Below are positions 28,473-37,649 of a stretch of DNA of 64,000 nt, in pieces. The notes under the pieces were generated by a model. That model was not told the origin of the DNA. It ran no database searches and saw only the letters and a program-made list of their open reading frames with translations. The position numbers and the translations under genes are program-made. How positions within the stretch are numbered: position 1 is the stretch's first letter; each line of letters begins with the position of its first letter. Source of the DNA: an uncultured Alphaproteobacteria bacterium (GTDB taxonomy: Bacteria; Pseudomonadota; Alphaproteobacteria; Rhizobiales; Xanthobacteraceae); the NCBI GenBank assembly GCA_963819465.1, contig CAWFWC010000012.1:21319-85318 (forward strand), given 5' to 3'.

Positions 28473-29240
28473 CTAGGACTTGTTCTTGCGCTCGCGGATC
28501 TCGGCAAAAACTTTCCAGGCCGGACTGCCGGACAGGCCAACCGATTTTGCCACCTCCGCGTCATCCGCGCGCAGGAACGGATTGGCCGCCTTCTCGGCGC
28601 CGATCGTCGCCGGGATCGTGGCCTTGCCGGCGCTCAACAGTTTCTGCACCTCGTCCGCGCGCGCCAGCAAAGCCTTGTTGTTCGGCTCCACGGTTTTGGC
28701 AAAGCGGATATTGGCGTTGGTATATTCATGGCCGCAGTAGAAGAGCGTGTCGTCCGGCAGCGCGCGCAGCTTCAACAGCGACTGCCACATCATTTCCGGA
28801 TTGCCTTCGATGACACGGCCGCAGCCGATCGAGAACAAGGTGTCGCCGACAAAGGCGAGCTTATCCGCCGGAAAGACATAGGAGATGTGCCCCAGCGTGT
28901 GGCCGGGCGTATCGAGCACTTTGGCTTCGAGCGAGCCAACCTTGACCTTGTCTCCCTCGCCGACGGTTTCGTCGACATGAGCGATGCGCTGCGCCTCGTT
29001 GCGCGGCGCCACGACCCGGCATTTGTGATGCGCCTTGAGCTCGCCGATGCCGGCGGTGTGATCGGCGTGATGGTGGGTGACCAGAATGTCGGTCAGTTTC
29101 CACCCGGTCTTCTGCAGCGCCGCCTCGACCGGAGCGGCTTCCGGCGCATCGATCGAGGCCGTCGCTCCCGTGGCCGGGTCGTGGATGAGGACGCCGAAAT
29201 TGTCGGAAAGACAGGGAAACAGATAGGTTTCTGCCGGCAT
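28473..29240 (-). CDS. gloB: Hydroxyacylglutathione hydrolase (glyoxalase II)
   Basis: The metallo-beta-lactamase motif THHHADH is present, together with TPGHTLGHISY and CGHEYT. The ORF is 255 aa. Confidence 0.92.
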   Translation of the reverse strand: MPAETYLFPCLSDNFGVLIHDPATGATASIDAPEAAPVEAALQKTGWKLTDILVTHHHADHTAGIGELKAHHKCRVVAPRNEAQRIAHVDETVGEGDKVKVGSLEAKVLDTPGHTLGHISYVFPADKLAFVGDTLFSIGCGRVIEGNPEMMWQSLLKLRALPDDTLFYCGHEYTNANIRFAKTVEPNNKALLARADEVQKLLSAGKATIPATIGAEKAANPFLRADDAEVAKSVGLSGSPAWKVFAEIRERKNKS

Positions 29241-29380
29241 GATGATAATCCGTGCTGATTGGCGCTGAACAAGCAGGCTTTAAAGTAGGCATTGCGCCTT
29301 GTTAACCGCAAGGGCGAGCACCGGGGCCCGCCGTCCCGACTCCATCAGCGCGGAAGGGCGCGACGTGCTAATTTACCGGC

Positions 29381-30118
29381 ATGGACGTCGTCGACCTGCG
29401 AAGCTTTTACGCCCAACGCCTGGGTGTTGTGGCGCGCCGTTTCATCGGTAACGGCATTCGTGCCCGCTGGACCGACACCCGCGGCATGCGCCTGGTCGGC
29501 ATCGGCTACGCGACGCCGTATCTCGGCCTGTTTCGCGAAGAAGCCGAACGCTGTCTCGCTTTGATGCCGGCGCCGCAGGGGGTGATGCGCTGGCCCTCGG
29601 CGCGGCCAAGTCTCGCGACTTTGGTCGAGGAAGACGAGTTGCCTCTGACGGATTCGGCCGTTGATCGCGTGCTCCTGGTCCACGCGCTGGAAATGTCGCC
29701 CGACCCCGGCGAGTTGCTGCGCGAGGCTTGGCGCGTGCTGGCCGCCGGCGGACGTCTCCTCGCCGTGGTACCGAACCGGCGCGGCGTCTGGGCGCGCCTG
29801 GATACGACGCCGTTCGGCCACGGCCGCCCTTATTCGCGCAGCCAGATCACCCAGCTCCTGCGCGACACCTGGTTCACGCCGACCGGCTGGGGCGAAGCGC
29901 TCTATGTGCCACCGATTTCGCGCAGCCTGTTTTTGCGCTCGGCAACCGCCTGGGAGCGCACCGGCGCGACGCTGTCGGCGCCATTCGCCGGCGTCCACAT
30001 TGTCGAAGCCACCAAGCAGGTCTATCGCGCGATCCCGGCGCGGCGCGAGAAGCGGCGTTTCGTGCCCACGCTCAAGCCGGTGCTGATCCCGTCACCCGGC
30101 GCGACGGCGATACGCTGA
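29381..30118 (+). CDS. Class I SAM-dependent methyltransferase-like protein (gloB-adjacent)
   Basis: The sequence VDRVLLVHALEMSPDPGELLREAWRVLAAGGRLLAVVPNRRG resembles the post-I/II methyltransferase motifs. The gene is divergent from gloB. Confidence 0.7.
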   Translation: MDVVDLRSFYAQRLGVVARRFIGNGIRARWTDTRGMRLVGIGYATPYLGLFREEAERCLALMPAPQGVMRWPSARPSLATLVEEDELPLTDSAVDRVLLVHALEMSPDPGELLREAWRVLAAGGRLLAVVPNRRGVWARLDTTPFGHGRPYSRSQITQLLRDTWFTPTGWGEALYVPPISRSLFLRSATAWERTGATLSAPFAGVHIVEATKQVYRAIPARREKRRFVPTLKPVLIPSPGATAIR

Positions 30119-30155
30119 CACAGCAAATCAGATCAATCGGCATCGCGCACATCAG

Positions 30156-30989
30156 ATGAGCATCGACCAGAACGTTCTGAACAGCGAGCCGGTCAATCTG
30201 CTCGGCCGCATGTACGCAGACGAATATGCGGCACGAAGCGGCGCGCCAGACCAAATTCCATCCATGCTAAACGCTGTAGGCGCATGCGCAGGATTTGCGG
30301 CGCAGATTGCGGTGTGGCGCGAACTTATTTCGCCTGCGCTGAGAGATCCGGGCGATTTTCTGATCCTTGCGACGACAAAGTCGGGCAGCAATTATTTATT
30401 TGGCGATTCTCTCAACCTGTTTCTTTTCGCCACAATGGCCGACCGTCTTTCGTTTTTGAGCCTGGCGGCGGGGTCCTTGCGAAATGCCTCGGAGCTTCCC
30501 GATCTCGGAGAGCTGGCGAGGCACGTTGCGACATCCATAGGATCGGATCAGTTTGGACACCCTCGCCTCCCGTCGGGCATTCACGTGCCTGAGCTGCCGC
30601 ATGCAGCGTTGACAAAGACGTGGAAAAAAGCGGCTCGGATCCTACAGAACTGTCGCGACTTTCGCGCCGGGGAGTGGCCGGCGCTCCTCGGAGCTGTTGC
30701 CAAAAATCTAATAGATGCAAACCCGGAGGTATTCCCAGCGAGCGCCGTGAAGATTCTTCTCGAGGCAGCAGTCCCGATATCCAAGCTCGATCCGGCGATG
30801 GTGGAGGATTCCGGCATCCCGGCTCCAAAGTTCTCGAATTGGAGCCATCGAGCCATTCGTCCTGAGAATCATCGCGAGATCGTGGACGAAGTTCGCGCTG
30901 TGATGCCGCCGATGCCGCCGAGGATACTTGCGAGAGCGATCGCAGACCCGATTATTGGCTTCGCAGAATCTAGCTGGAGAGCACTATGA
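30156..30989 (+). CDS. Orphan hypothetical protein (277 aa) in lower-GC cassette
   Basis: This long ORF has coherent, non-repetitive, helix-prone sequence. I recognise no motifs. Local GC is visibly lower than in the flanks. Confidence 0.55.
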   Translation: MSIDQNVLNSEPVNLLGRMYADEYAARSGAPDQIPSMLNAVGACAGFAAQIAVWRELISPALRDPGDFLILATTKSGSNYLFGDSLNLFLFATMADRLSFLSLAAGSLRNASELPDLGELARHVATSIGSDQFGHPRLPSGIHVPELPHAALTKTWKKAARILQNCRDFRAGEWPALLGAVAKNLIDANPEVFPASAVKILLEAAVPISKLDPAMVEDSGIPAPKFSNWSHRAIRPENHREIVDEVRAVMPPMPPRILARAIADPIIGFAESSWRAL

Positions 30990-31482
30990 GACGATCGTTT
31001 CTAAAGACCGCATCTCGCTCGGCCGGCTATTTCCTGGCAGGGACCGATTCACGACAACGTCAATTCCAAAGTGCAACATCCTCTTCCTGTACTGCACCCT
31101 CTCATCGTCGGGCGAAGTTTCCGGGTTCGCGACACCTCTCCGCGACTTGATTGGAATAAGCCAGGCCGCCGTGGCCGTGATCGCGTCGGAGGTTCCCGCC
31201 GACAGTCTGAAGAATCAAGAATTCACCCGATCATTGGCAAAAGGCGACAATGCAGCGGTCGATCTCGTCATTACCTTGAACCGCAACGGTGAGGCGTTTG
31301 GCCGTTTCTTCCACTCCCTTTTTGAGATGATGTTGAACGGGGTGTCGATGCCGATGGCCTGGGTTACGCTTGCTCCACAAGGACCGTATCCGCCGCCGGA
31401 TGTTCCAGAAATGATCTTTCACATGGAGCGCGGCGGAGCCGCGTTTGCGCCCGAGCACGCCGCTCAATTGCCCAGCGGATGA
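30986..31482 (+). pseudogene. Orphan Tat-signal protein, apparent frameshift between signal peptide and body
   Basis: An SD sequence ggaga lies 5 nt upstream of the ATG at 30986, which forms an ATGA overlap with the upstream stop. Translation gives MRRSFLKTASRSAGYFLAGT..., and this frame stops at 31148-31150. The protein-like body, KCNILFLYCTLSSSGEVSG...AWVTLAPQGPYPPPD..., lies in the frame of ORF 30928..31482. That frame has no ATG, GTG or TTG between 30928 and about 31140. Confidence 0.5.
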
Positions 31483-31485
31483 GCT

Positions 31486-32580
31486 TCACTCGGGCCAAGG
31501 CTCTGCCGTGACAGATGCGGCGTCGGCGCCGACCTGATCGGCGAGGCTCGGCGCCTGATCGCGATCGAGCGCAGCGATGAGCGTACGCTTGATGTCGGCG
31601 ACCAGACCGAGGCCGGCAAAGACCAGTCCGGAATAGAGCTGAATGAGGCTCGCGCCCGCGCGGATTTTCGACAGCGCCGCCGCGCCGGTATCGATGCCGC
31701 CGGCGCCGACCAGCGGAAACACGCCTTCGACGCGAACATAGGTTTCCGCCAGCATGCGATTGGCGAGCGGCAGCAGCGGACGGCCCGACAGGCCGCCCGC
31801 CTCCTTCGCGATCTTGGTCTCATGCAGATACGGCGGGCGCGCCAGCGTCGTATTGCCGACGATCATGCCGTCGACGCGGCGGGAGCGCGCGATGCCGACG
31901 ACATCGTCGAGATCGGGCAATGACAGATCGGGCGCGATTTTCAGCAGCACCGGCGTCGGCCCGGCATTGGGCGCGACCCGCTCGCGCACATCGATCACGC
32001 GCGCGAGAAGTTCGTCGAGCACGGCGGCCTGCTGCAGATTGCGCAGTCCCGGCGTATTGGGCGAGGAAATATTGACGGTGACGTAGCTTGCCACCGGTGC
32101 AAATCGCTCGATGAGCTCGACATAATCAGCGACGCGATCGGGCGAGTCCTTGTTGGCGCCGACATTGATGCCGACCACGCCGCCGCCATTGGCGCGCGCG
32201 GCAAGCCGCACCAGCGCCGCTTCGGCGCCTTGCGAATTGAAGCCGAGCCGGTTGATGACGCCGCGATCGGCGTTGAGCCGGAACAGCCGCGGCTTCGGAT
32301 TGCCCGGCTGCGGCCGTGGCGTGATGGTGCCGGCTTCGACGAAACCGAAGCCCAGGCGTAGCAGCGCGTCCGGCACTTCGGCATCCTTGTCGAAGCCCGC
32401 CGCGATCCCGATCGGATTGGGAAAATTGAGCCCGAAGACGCGCATGGCCAGCCGCACATCGTTTGGCTGGGCCTTTGGCAGCAGTGCGTATTTGAGCAGA
32501 TTGATCGCGAGCCGATGCGCATCTTCCGGCTCGAGCGCTTGCAGGAACGGCTGGGCCAGACGCTCAAGAAAACCGATCAC
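31486..32580 (-). CDS. pyrD: Dihydroorotate dehydrogenase (quinone), class 2
   Basis: The characteristic motifs FPNPIGIAAGFDK, GFGFVEAGTITP, NRLGFNSQG, NISSPNTPGLR and GGLSG are present. Confidence 0.94.
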   Translation of the reverse strand: MIGFLERLAQPFLQALEPEDAHRLAINLLKYALLPKAQPNDVRLAMRVFGLNFPNPIGIAAGFDKDAEVPDALLRLGFGFVEAGTITPRPQPGNPKPRLFRLNADRGVINRLGFNSQGAEAALVRLAARANGGGVVGINVGANKDSPDRVADYVELIERFAPVASYVTVNISSPNTPGLRNLQQAAVLDELLARVIDVRERVAPNAGPTPVLLKIAPDLSLPDLDDVVGIARSRRVDGMIVGNTTLARPPYLHETKIAKEAGGLSGRPLLPLANRMLAETYVRVEGVFPLVGAGGIDTGAAALSKIRAGASLIQLYSGLVFAGLGLVADIKRTLIAALDRDQAPSLADQVGADAASVTAEPWPE

Positions 32581-32921
32581 GGATCAAGCTCCGCGATGTT
32601 GCGGCGTCCGCCGATCTCGTCGGGCAGTGGCCGCGCCCAGCGCACCGCCGCAACCGGGAGCGTGCCGTAGAGATGAGGAAACAGCGCGCCGCCGCGCGAA
32701 GTTTCCCATTTCAGCGCGGCGCCGAGCACACCATCGTCAACGGCGACCAGCATCAGGTCGCTTTGGCCGGCAAAATGCTTGGCCGCGGTTTCGCCAAGCT
32801 GCGTCGCGGTGGAGAAATGGATGAAACCGTCGCGGTGATCGACCGCCGAGCCGCGATAAAGGCCAAGCCTTTCGGCCTCCCGCCACGCCGCCCGCTCGCA
32901 GATTTTATAAATCGTCGTCAC
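32577..32921 (-). CDS. DUF952 domain protein
   Basis: The sequence IYKICERAAWREAE...DGFIHFST..Q...FPHLYG is characteristic of DUF952. The start is GTG, and the gene overlaps the pyrD start by 4 nt. Confidence 0.75.
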   Translation of the reverse strand: MTTIYKICERAAWREAERLGLYRGSAVDHRDGFIHFSTATQLGETAAKHFAGQSDLMLVAVDDGVLGAALKWETSRGGALFPHLYGTLPVAAVRWARPLPDEIGGRRNIAELDP

Positions 32922-32944
32922 GCCCCGAACCGCCCAGCATTCAA

Positions 32945-32983
32945 GCGCCTGATCCGGAAACCACTTCCGAAAAGACCCTGCGC
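32945..32983. repeat. REP-like element (copy 4, shorter/diverged)
   Basis: The sequence gcgcctgatccggaaaccacttccgaaaagaccctgcgc shares the tgatccggaaa...ttccgaaaag core with copies 1-3. Confidence 0.4.
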
Positions 32984-33288
32984 TATCAACACCCTAAAGC
33001 GCTGATCCATGCCACTGAACCGGTCGGCGCCCCTGACGTCGGTGGCGACCCTATCGGCGGCATCTTCACGCTTCAAGCCGCGCCGGCGCAGCGGCAAAAA
33101 GCACGGGTAAAACCAGCTTCGCGGCATCCGGACTTGAGCGTCAAGGCAATAATTCCTATGATCCCGACGTTGATCGCCGGATAGTTTTGGTACTGTCAAA
33201 ATCCGGCTCTAGTTTTTGCTGAGCGCGATCGTGTTCCGAAGGCTGGGGGCCAATCATCTTCGGGATCGTGCCGGGGTTTGGGGTCTGG

Positions 33289-33921
33289 ATGCTAACGCAC
33301 GCGCAGGTCTGGTCGGCGATCGATCGCCTTGCTGCGCGCGCGGGTCTCTCCGCGTCCGGCCTTGCCAAGCGCGCCGGGCTTGATCCGACCACGTTCAACA
33401 AATCAAAGCGCATCACCCCACAAGGCCGCGCACGCTGGCCTTCGACCGAGTCGATCGCCAAGGCGCTGGCCGCGACCGGCACGCCGCTCGATGCTTTCGT
33501 GACGCTGATCGAGCCGGGCAGCGCCGCCGGCGCACTGAAGCCGGTGCCACTCCTGGGCTTCGCCGAGGCCGGCAGCGGCGGCTATTTCGACGATGGCGGC
33601 TTTCCGGCCGGCGCCGGCTGGGACGAGTTGGCTTTTCCCTCAGTCAGTGACGAACACGCCTATGCGCTCGAAGTCTCCGGGCAGTCGATGGAGCCGGCCT
33701 ATCGCGACGGTGACATCATCGTCGTTTCGCCGTCGGCTCCGGTGCGACGCGGCGACCGCGTCGTGGTGCGCACCCGGACCGGCGAAGTGATGGCGAAGGA
33801 ACTCCTGCGCAAAACCGCGAAGGCGGTCGAGCTGAAATCGCTTAATGTCGCGCATCCCGACCGCACCATCCCGGCCACGGACGTGATGTGGATCGCGCGG
33901 ATCGTGTGGGCCAGCCAGTAG
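33289..33921 (+). CDS. HTH + S24 peptidase (CI/LexA-like) transcriptional repressor
   Basis: The N-terminal HTH region is GLSASGLAKRAGLDPTTFNK. The C-terminal S24 domain contains VSGQSMEP (the Ser nucleophile) ...VVVR...MAKEL (Lys). Confidence 0.8.
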   Translation: MLTHAQVWSAIDRLAARAGLSASGLAKRAGLDPTTFNKSKRITPQGRARWPSTESIAKALAATGTPLDAFVTLIEPGSAAGALKPVPLLGFAEAGSGGYFDDGGFPAGAGWDELAFPSVSDEHAYALEVSGQSMEPAYRDGDIIVVSPSAPVRRGDRVVVRTRTGEVMAKELLRKTAKAVELKSLNVAHPDRTIPATDVMWIARIVWASQ

Positions 33922-33927
33922 ATCGCG

Positions 33928-35577
33928 CTAGGCCGAACGCGCCAGCGCTCCGTCGATCATACTGATCGTGTTGCCGATGCCGTAGGCGGCGACGAAAGAG
34001 CCAAAGCGCGGGCCTTTCTCCTGACCGAGCAGCACCTGATAGAGCATGTTGAACCAGTCGAGCGAGACGCCGGGCTTGCCGTCCTTGCCCTTTTTCTTGA
34101 CGTCGAGAAACGGTTCGCGGCGGCCGATCTCATAGACCACGTCCTGAATGACCTCCGGCGAAGAGTCCGCGGACAATTGCGACAGCGCATCGCGCAGGTC
34201 GTTGAGCGCCGCGCGCTCGGCCGCGCTCGGCTCGCGGAACTGCTTCTTCGGCGCGACGAAGTCGCGATAGTAGTTGATGGCGTAGTCGACGAGAGCCGCG
34301 AGCCGCGGATTAGTCTCTTTGGTCACGCCCGGCCGGTAGCGGCCGATGAAGCCCCACAGCGTATCGGCATTGGCCGCATTCGAGGCGGTGACGAGCGACA
34401 GCAGCATGGCAAACGGCACCGGATTGTCGGGCACCGGCGGCTTGCCGCCGTGAATGTGCCAGACCGGATTGCCGAGCCGCTCCTTCGTGGCCTGGCGCGG
34501 ATAGGCGTCGAGATATTGCAGATATTCGTCGACATGCCGCGGAATGACATCGAAATAGAGCCGCTTTGCCGATTTGGGCTCGCGATACATGAACAGCGAC
34601 AGGCTTTCCGGGCTCGCGTAATGCAGCCATTCCTCGATGGTGAAGCCGTTGCCCTTGGATTTCGAGATCTTCTGGCCGTTCTCGTCGAGGAACAGCTCGT
34701 AATTGAAGCCCTCGGGCGGCGTGCCGCCGAGCACGCGACAGATCTGGCTCGACAGTTTCACCGAATCGATGAGGTCCTTGCCGGCCATTTCATAGTCGAT
34801 GCCCATCGCGAACCAACGCATCGCCCAGTCCGGCTTCCATTGCAGTTTGCAGCGTCCGCCGGTGACGAGCGTGGTGACGCGCTCGCCATCATTTTCGTAA
34901 GTGATAGTCCCGGCTTTGGCGTCATGGTCGACGACCGGCACCTGCAGCACGATGCTTGTCTTCGGATCGATCGGTAGAAACGGCGAATAGGTCTTCGCCC
35001 GCTCTTCGCGCAGCGACGGCAGCATCACTGCCATCACCTCTTCGAAATGCGCGAGCATGGTCAACAGCGCATGGTCGAACTTGCCTGACGTGTAGCAGGC
35101 GGTCGCCGACATGAATTCGTATTCGAAGCCGAACTGATCCAGGAAAGCGCGCAACCGCGCATTGTTATGGGCGGCGAAACTGTCATGGGTGCCGAACGGA
35201 TCGGGCACTTTGGTCAGTGGCTTGCCGAGATGCTGCGCCACCATCTCCTTGTTCGGGACATTGTCGGGCACCTTGCGCAGCCCATCCATGTCATCGGAGA
35301 AGGCGATCAGGCGGGTCTTGATCTTGTCATCGGTGAGAACGCGGAAGGCATGGCGCACCATGGTGGTGCGCGCCACCTCGCCGAACGTGCCGATATGCGG
35401 CAGTCCGGACGGACCATAGCCGGTCTCGAAGATCACTTCGTCCTTCGGCTTCTTGTTCAGCCGCGCGACGATCTTGCGCGCTTCCTCGAATGGCCAGGCA
35501 TGCGATTGCTCGGCGACGGCGCGCAGCTCCGCGGGATTTTCGCTCGCCGGATGTTCGATAGTCGCAGTCGTCATCAC
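33928..35577 (-). CDS. lysK: Lysine--tRNA ligase, class I
   Basis: The class I HIGH-type motif is in [18 protein letters not shown], and the KMSKS-type motif is in [11 protein letters not shown]. The 549-aa length is typical of alphaproteobacterial class I LysRS. Confidence 0.92.
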   Translation of the reverse strand: MMTTATIEHPASENPAELRAVAEQSHAWPFEEARKIVARLNKKPKDEVIFETGYGPSGLPHIGTFGEVARTTMVRHAFRVLTDDKIKTRLIAFSDDMDGLRKVPDNVPNKEMVAQHLGKPLTKVPDPFGTHDSFAAHNNARLRAFLDQFGFEYEFMSATACYTSGKFDHALLTMLAHFEEVMAVMLPSLREERAKTYSPFLPIDPKTSIVLQVPVVDHDAKAGTITYENDGERVTTLVTGGRCKLQWKPDWAMRWFAMGIDYEMAGKDLIDSVKLSSQICRVLGGTPPEGFNYELFLDENGQKISKSKGNGFTIEEWLHYASPESLSLFMYREPKSAKRLYFDVIPRHVDEYLQYLDAYPRQATKERLGNPVWHIHGGKPPVPDNPVPFAMLLSLVTASNAANADTLWGFIGRYRPGVTKETNPRLAALVDYAINYYRDFVAPKKQFREPSAAERAALNDLRDALSQLSADSSPEVIQDVVYEIGRREPFLDVKKKGKDGKPGVSLDWFNMLYQVLLGQEKGPRFGSFVAAYGIGNTISMIDGALARSA

Positions 35578-35616
35578 AAACCTTTGCCGCCGCCTCGCCG
35601 TCGGCGTTTGATCACA

Positions 35617-36552
35617 TCAGAACGGGCTGATTGGGAAATAGCGCAGCCACAGATCGGTATAGCTGCCCTTTTCCCATAGCCGAAACAGCGCCCAGTTCAG
35701 CGCCTGGCGCAGCAGATCGTTGCCGCGTTTCACGGCGATGCCGATACCTTCGCCGAAGTAACGGCTTTCGAGATAGGGACCGCCGCGGAAAGCGCAACAG
35801 CCGTTGGAATCGCTGCCGTTGAGCCAGAAGGCAAGCGAGATGCCGTCGCCGAACAGGAGGTCGACCTCCTTGTTGCGCAGCGCCTCGCGCGCCGCCGCGG
35901 CATTCGGATAGGGATGCAGCTCGGCCTCAGTGAACATCTCTTTCAAGAAGGCTTCGTGCGCCGTGCCGGCGACCACGGCGATCTTCTTGCCCTCGACCAG
36001 TTCGGGCAGCACGTCGCGGATCGGGCTGTCGGCGCGCGCCACGAAGCGCGCCGGCGTGCGGTAATAGGGATCGGTGAAGTCGGCCTGCCGCCGCGTCGCC
36101 GCGGTGGAGGCGATCGAGGCGATCACCGCGTCGCCGCCCGATTTATCGTTGAGCGCATCGAGCAACAGGTCGAAGCGGCGCGCCTGGATGCTGCAGCTCG
36201 TATTGATTTCGGCGCAGAGCAATCGTGCCAGATCGACATTGAAGCCGGCGGGATTGCCGTCGGTGCCGGCATAGTCAAACGGCGGATAATCGAGCTCGGT
36301 CAGAAAGCGGATGCTCTGGATACGCGACAGATCGGGCCGCTCCGGCCGCCGGCGCGGGTCCCAAAAGCCCGGCACCGCGGCGGAGGCGCCGGCAGGCGCC
36401 GAAACACCGGCTTTGGGCACAACGCCCTCCTGAGCGATCTCCGACGCGGCCATGGCGCGGCCGGCAAAAATCGCCGCAGCCACGAGGGTCAAGGCGGCGA
36501 GCCGCGGCAGTGCGCGTGCGGATCGGCAAAAAATGGCGGATTCAGAATTCAT
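35617..36552 (-). CDS. Family 3 (amino-acid type) solute-binding protein, orphan
   Basis: A signal-like N-terminus is followed by the PBPb motifs IRFLTELDYPPFDY..., GFNVDLARLLC and TDPYYRTP. No adjacent permease or ATPase is present. Confidence 0.75.
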   Translation of the reverse strand: MNSESAIFCRSARALPRLAALTLVAAAIFAGRAMAASEIAQEGVVPKAGVSAPAGASAAVPGFWDPRRRPERPDLSRIQSIRFLTELDYPPFDYAGTDGNPAGFNVDLARLLCAEINTSCSIQARRFDLLLDALNDKSGGDAVIASIASTAATRRQADFTDPYYRTPARFVARADSPIRDVLPELVEGKKIAVVAGTAHEAFLKEMFTEAELHPYPNAAAAREALRNKEVDLLFGDGISLAFWLNGSDSNGCCAFRGGPYLESRYFGEGIGIAVKRGNDLLRQALNWALFRLWEKGSYTDLWLRYFPISPF

Positions 36553-36670
36553 TTTGCGTCATCTGCAGCGGAATCTGGCCTGGCGCTCGGCTTCGCCTCT
36601 ATCGGCCTAATGGCAGCGCGGACAAAAGTCGAGACAGGCCGACAAAATTGGTCGCGTCCGGAGACTTTGC

Positions 36671-37270
36671 TCAGAGATAACGGCGCAAATCCGTCGCTTC
36701 CGCTTTAGGCGTCCGGCTGACATCGAACGGGGCGACGAAATGGCCGTTCTTGTCCATGAGATAGACCACCGCGGTATGGTCCATGGTGTACTCGCCGTTC
36801 TCCAGCGGCACCTTCTTGGCATAGACCCGATAGGCCTTGATCGCGGCATCGACGGCGGCGCGGTCGCCCGTGAGCCCGCGCAGGTGCGGATCGAAATTGG
36901 AGAGGTAATCCTTCATCACTTGCTGCGTGTCGCGCTCGGGATCGACGGTGATGAACAACGCATTGGCGCGATCGGCGTCCGGTCCCAACTCCTTCATCAG
37001 CTGCGACATGTCGAACAGAGTGGTGGGACAGACATCCGGGCAGTGCGTGTAGCCGAAGAACACCAGAAACGGTTTGCCCTTCATTTCGGCATCGGTGACC
37101 GGCTTGCCGTTCTGGTCCTCGAGCCGGAACGGGCCGCCGACGGCGGCAACGGCTTGGCTCACCGGCGACGGCGCATAACCGGTCACGATCAAGATCGTCA
37201 CAAAGAACAGAACGAGGCCTGCGAGAAAAGCGCCGAGGATCAGCGCAATGCGGGAAGTCTTTTCGTCCAC
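36671..37270 (-). CDS. SCO family copper chaperone / thioredoxin-fold protein (SenC/PrrC-like)
   Basis: There is an N-terminal TM segment. The CxxxC motif is in FFGYTHCPDVCPTTL, and the conserved DHT is in YTMDHTAVVYLMD. Confidence 0.9.
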   Translation of the reverse strand: MDEKTSRIALILGAFLAGLVLFFVTILIVTGYAPSPVSQAVAAVGGPFRLEDQNGKPVTDAEMKGKPFLVFFGYTHCPDVCPTTLFDMSQLMKELGPDADRANALFITVDPERDTQQVMKDYLSNFDPHLRGLTGDRAAVDAAIKAYRVYAKKVPLENGEYTMDHTAVVYLMDKNGHFVAPFDVSRTPKAEATDLRRYL

Positions 37271-37318
37271 GGCGGGATCTTTCGAAGTAAAATGTCGTCT
37301 CTTGGAGTGAAAATCCGG

Positions 37319-37621
37319 TCAGCCGAAACACGCCGCAAAACCGGCGCGGATCGTTTCGAAGAAGACCGTGGTTCCGTAATGCGCCCAGAGTAAGACACTG
37401 CCGCCGAGCGCCAGCGCGGCAAATAGGCCAAAGACCGCCAGCATGCCTTTGCGCGGCTGCGGCCCAACGTCTGCCGCCGCCCCCGAAACGGTCTGCGGAG
37501 CGGCCCTAGGGATCGAGCCGAATGACGAGCCTTGTGACATGCACGCTAGATAGGCCTGAACGGAGCCTGCGGCAACGCCGCGCAGCCCGGCCGCCGCATA
37601 TCGCGGCCGGCCCCAACTCAT
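37319..37621 (-). CDS. Small membrane protein, unknown function
   Basis: The ORF has a C-terminal TM segment, MLAVFGLFAALALGGSVLLWAHY. The start is uncertain (MSW... or the internal MSQGSS). Confidence 0.45.
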   Translation of the reverse strand: MSWGRPRYAAAGLRGVAAGSVQAYLACMSQGSSFGSIPRAAPQTVSGAAADVGPQPRKGMLAVFGLFAALALGGSVLLWAHYGTTVFFETIRAGFAACFG

Positions 37622-37649
37622 CAGACGCGGATTGCGTTAGATCCTGCGA

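Noticed and set aside
31030-31075. Programmed -1 ribosomal frameshifting might explain the Tat-signal/body frame change.
   Set aside because: No X XXY YYZ slippery heptamer and no obvious downstream stimulatory hairpin are present. Other genes in the window show plain indels, so a simple mutation or sequencing error is more parsimonious.
33180-33290. An SOS/LexA-type operator might lie upstream of the S24 repressor gene.
   Set aside because: No alphaproteobacterial GTTC-N7-GTTC direct repeat is present. The only feature is a weak 5-bp palindrome (ttttg N7 caaaa, about 33192-33208), which is too weak to call.
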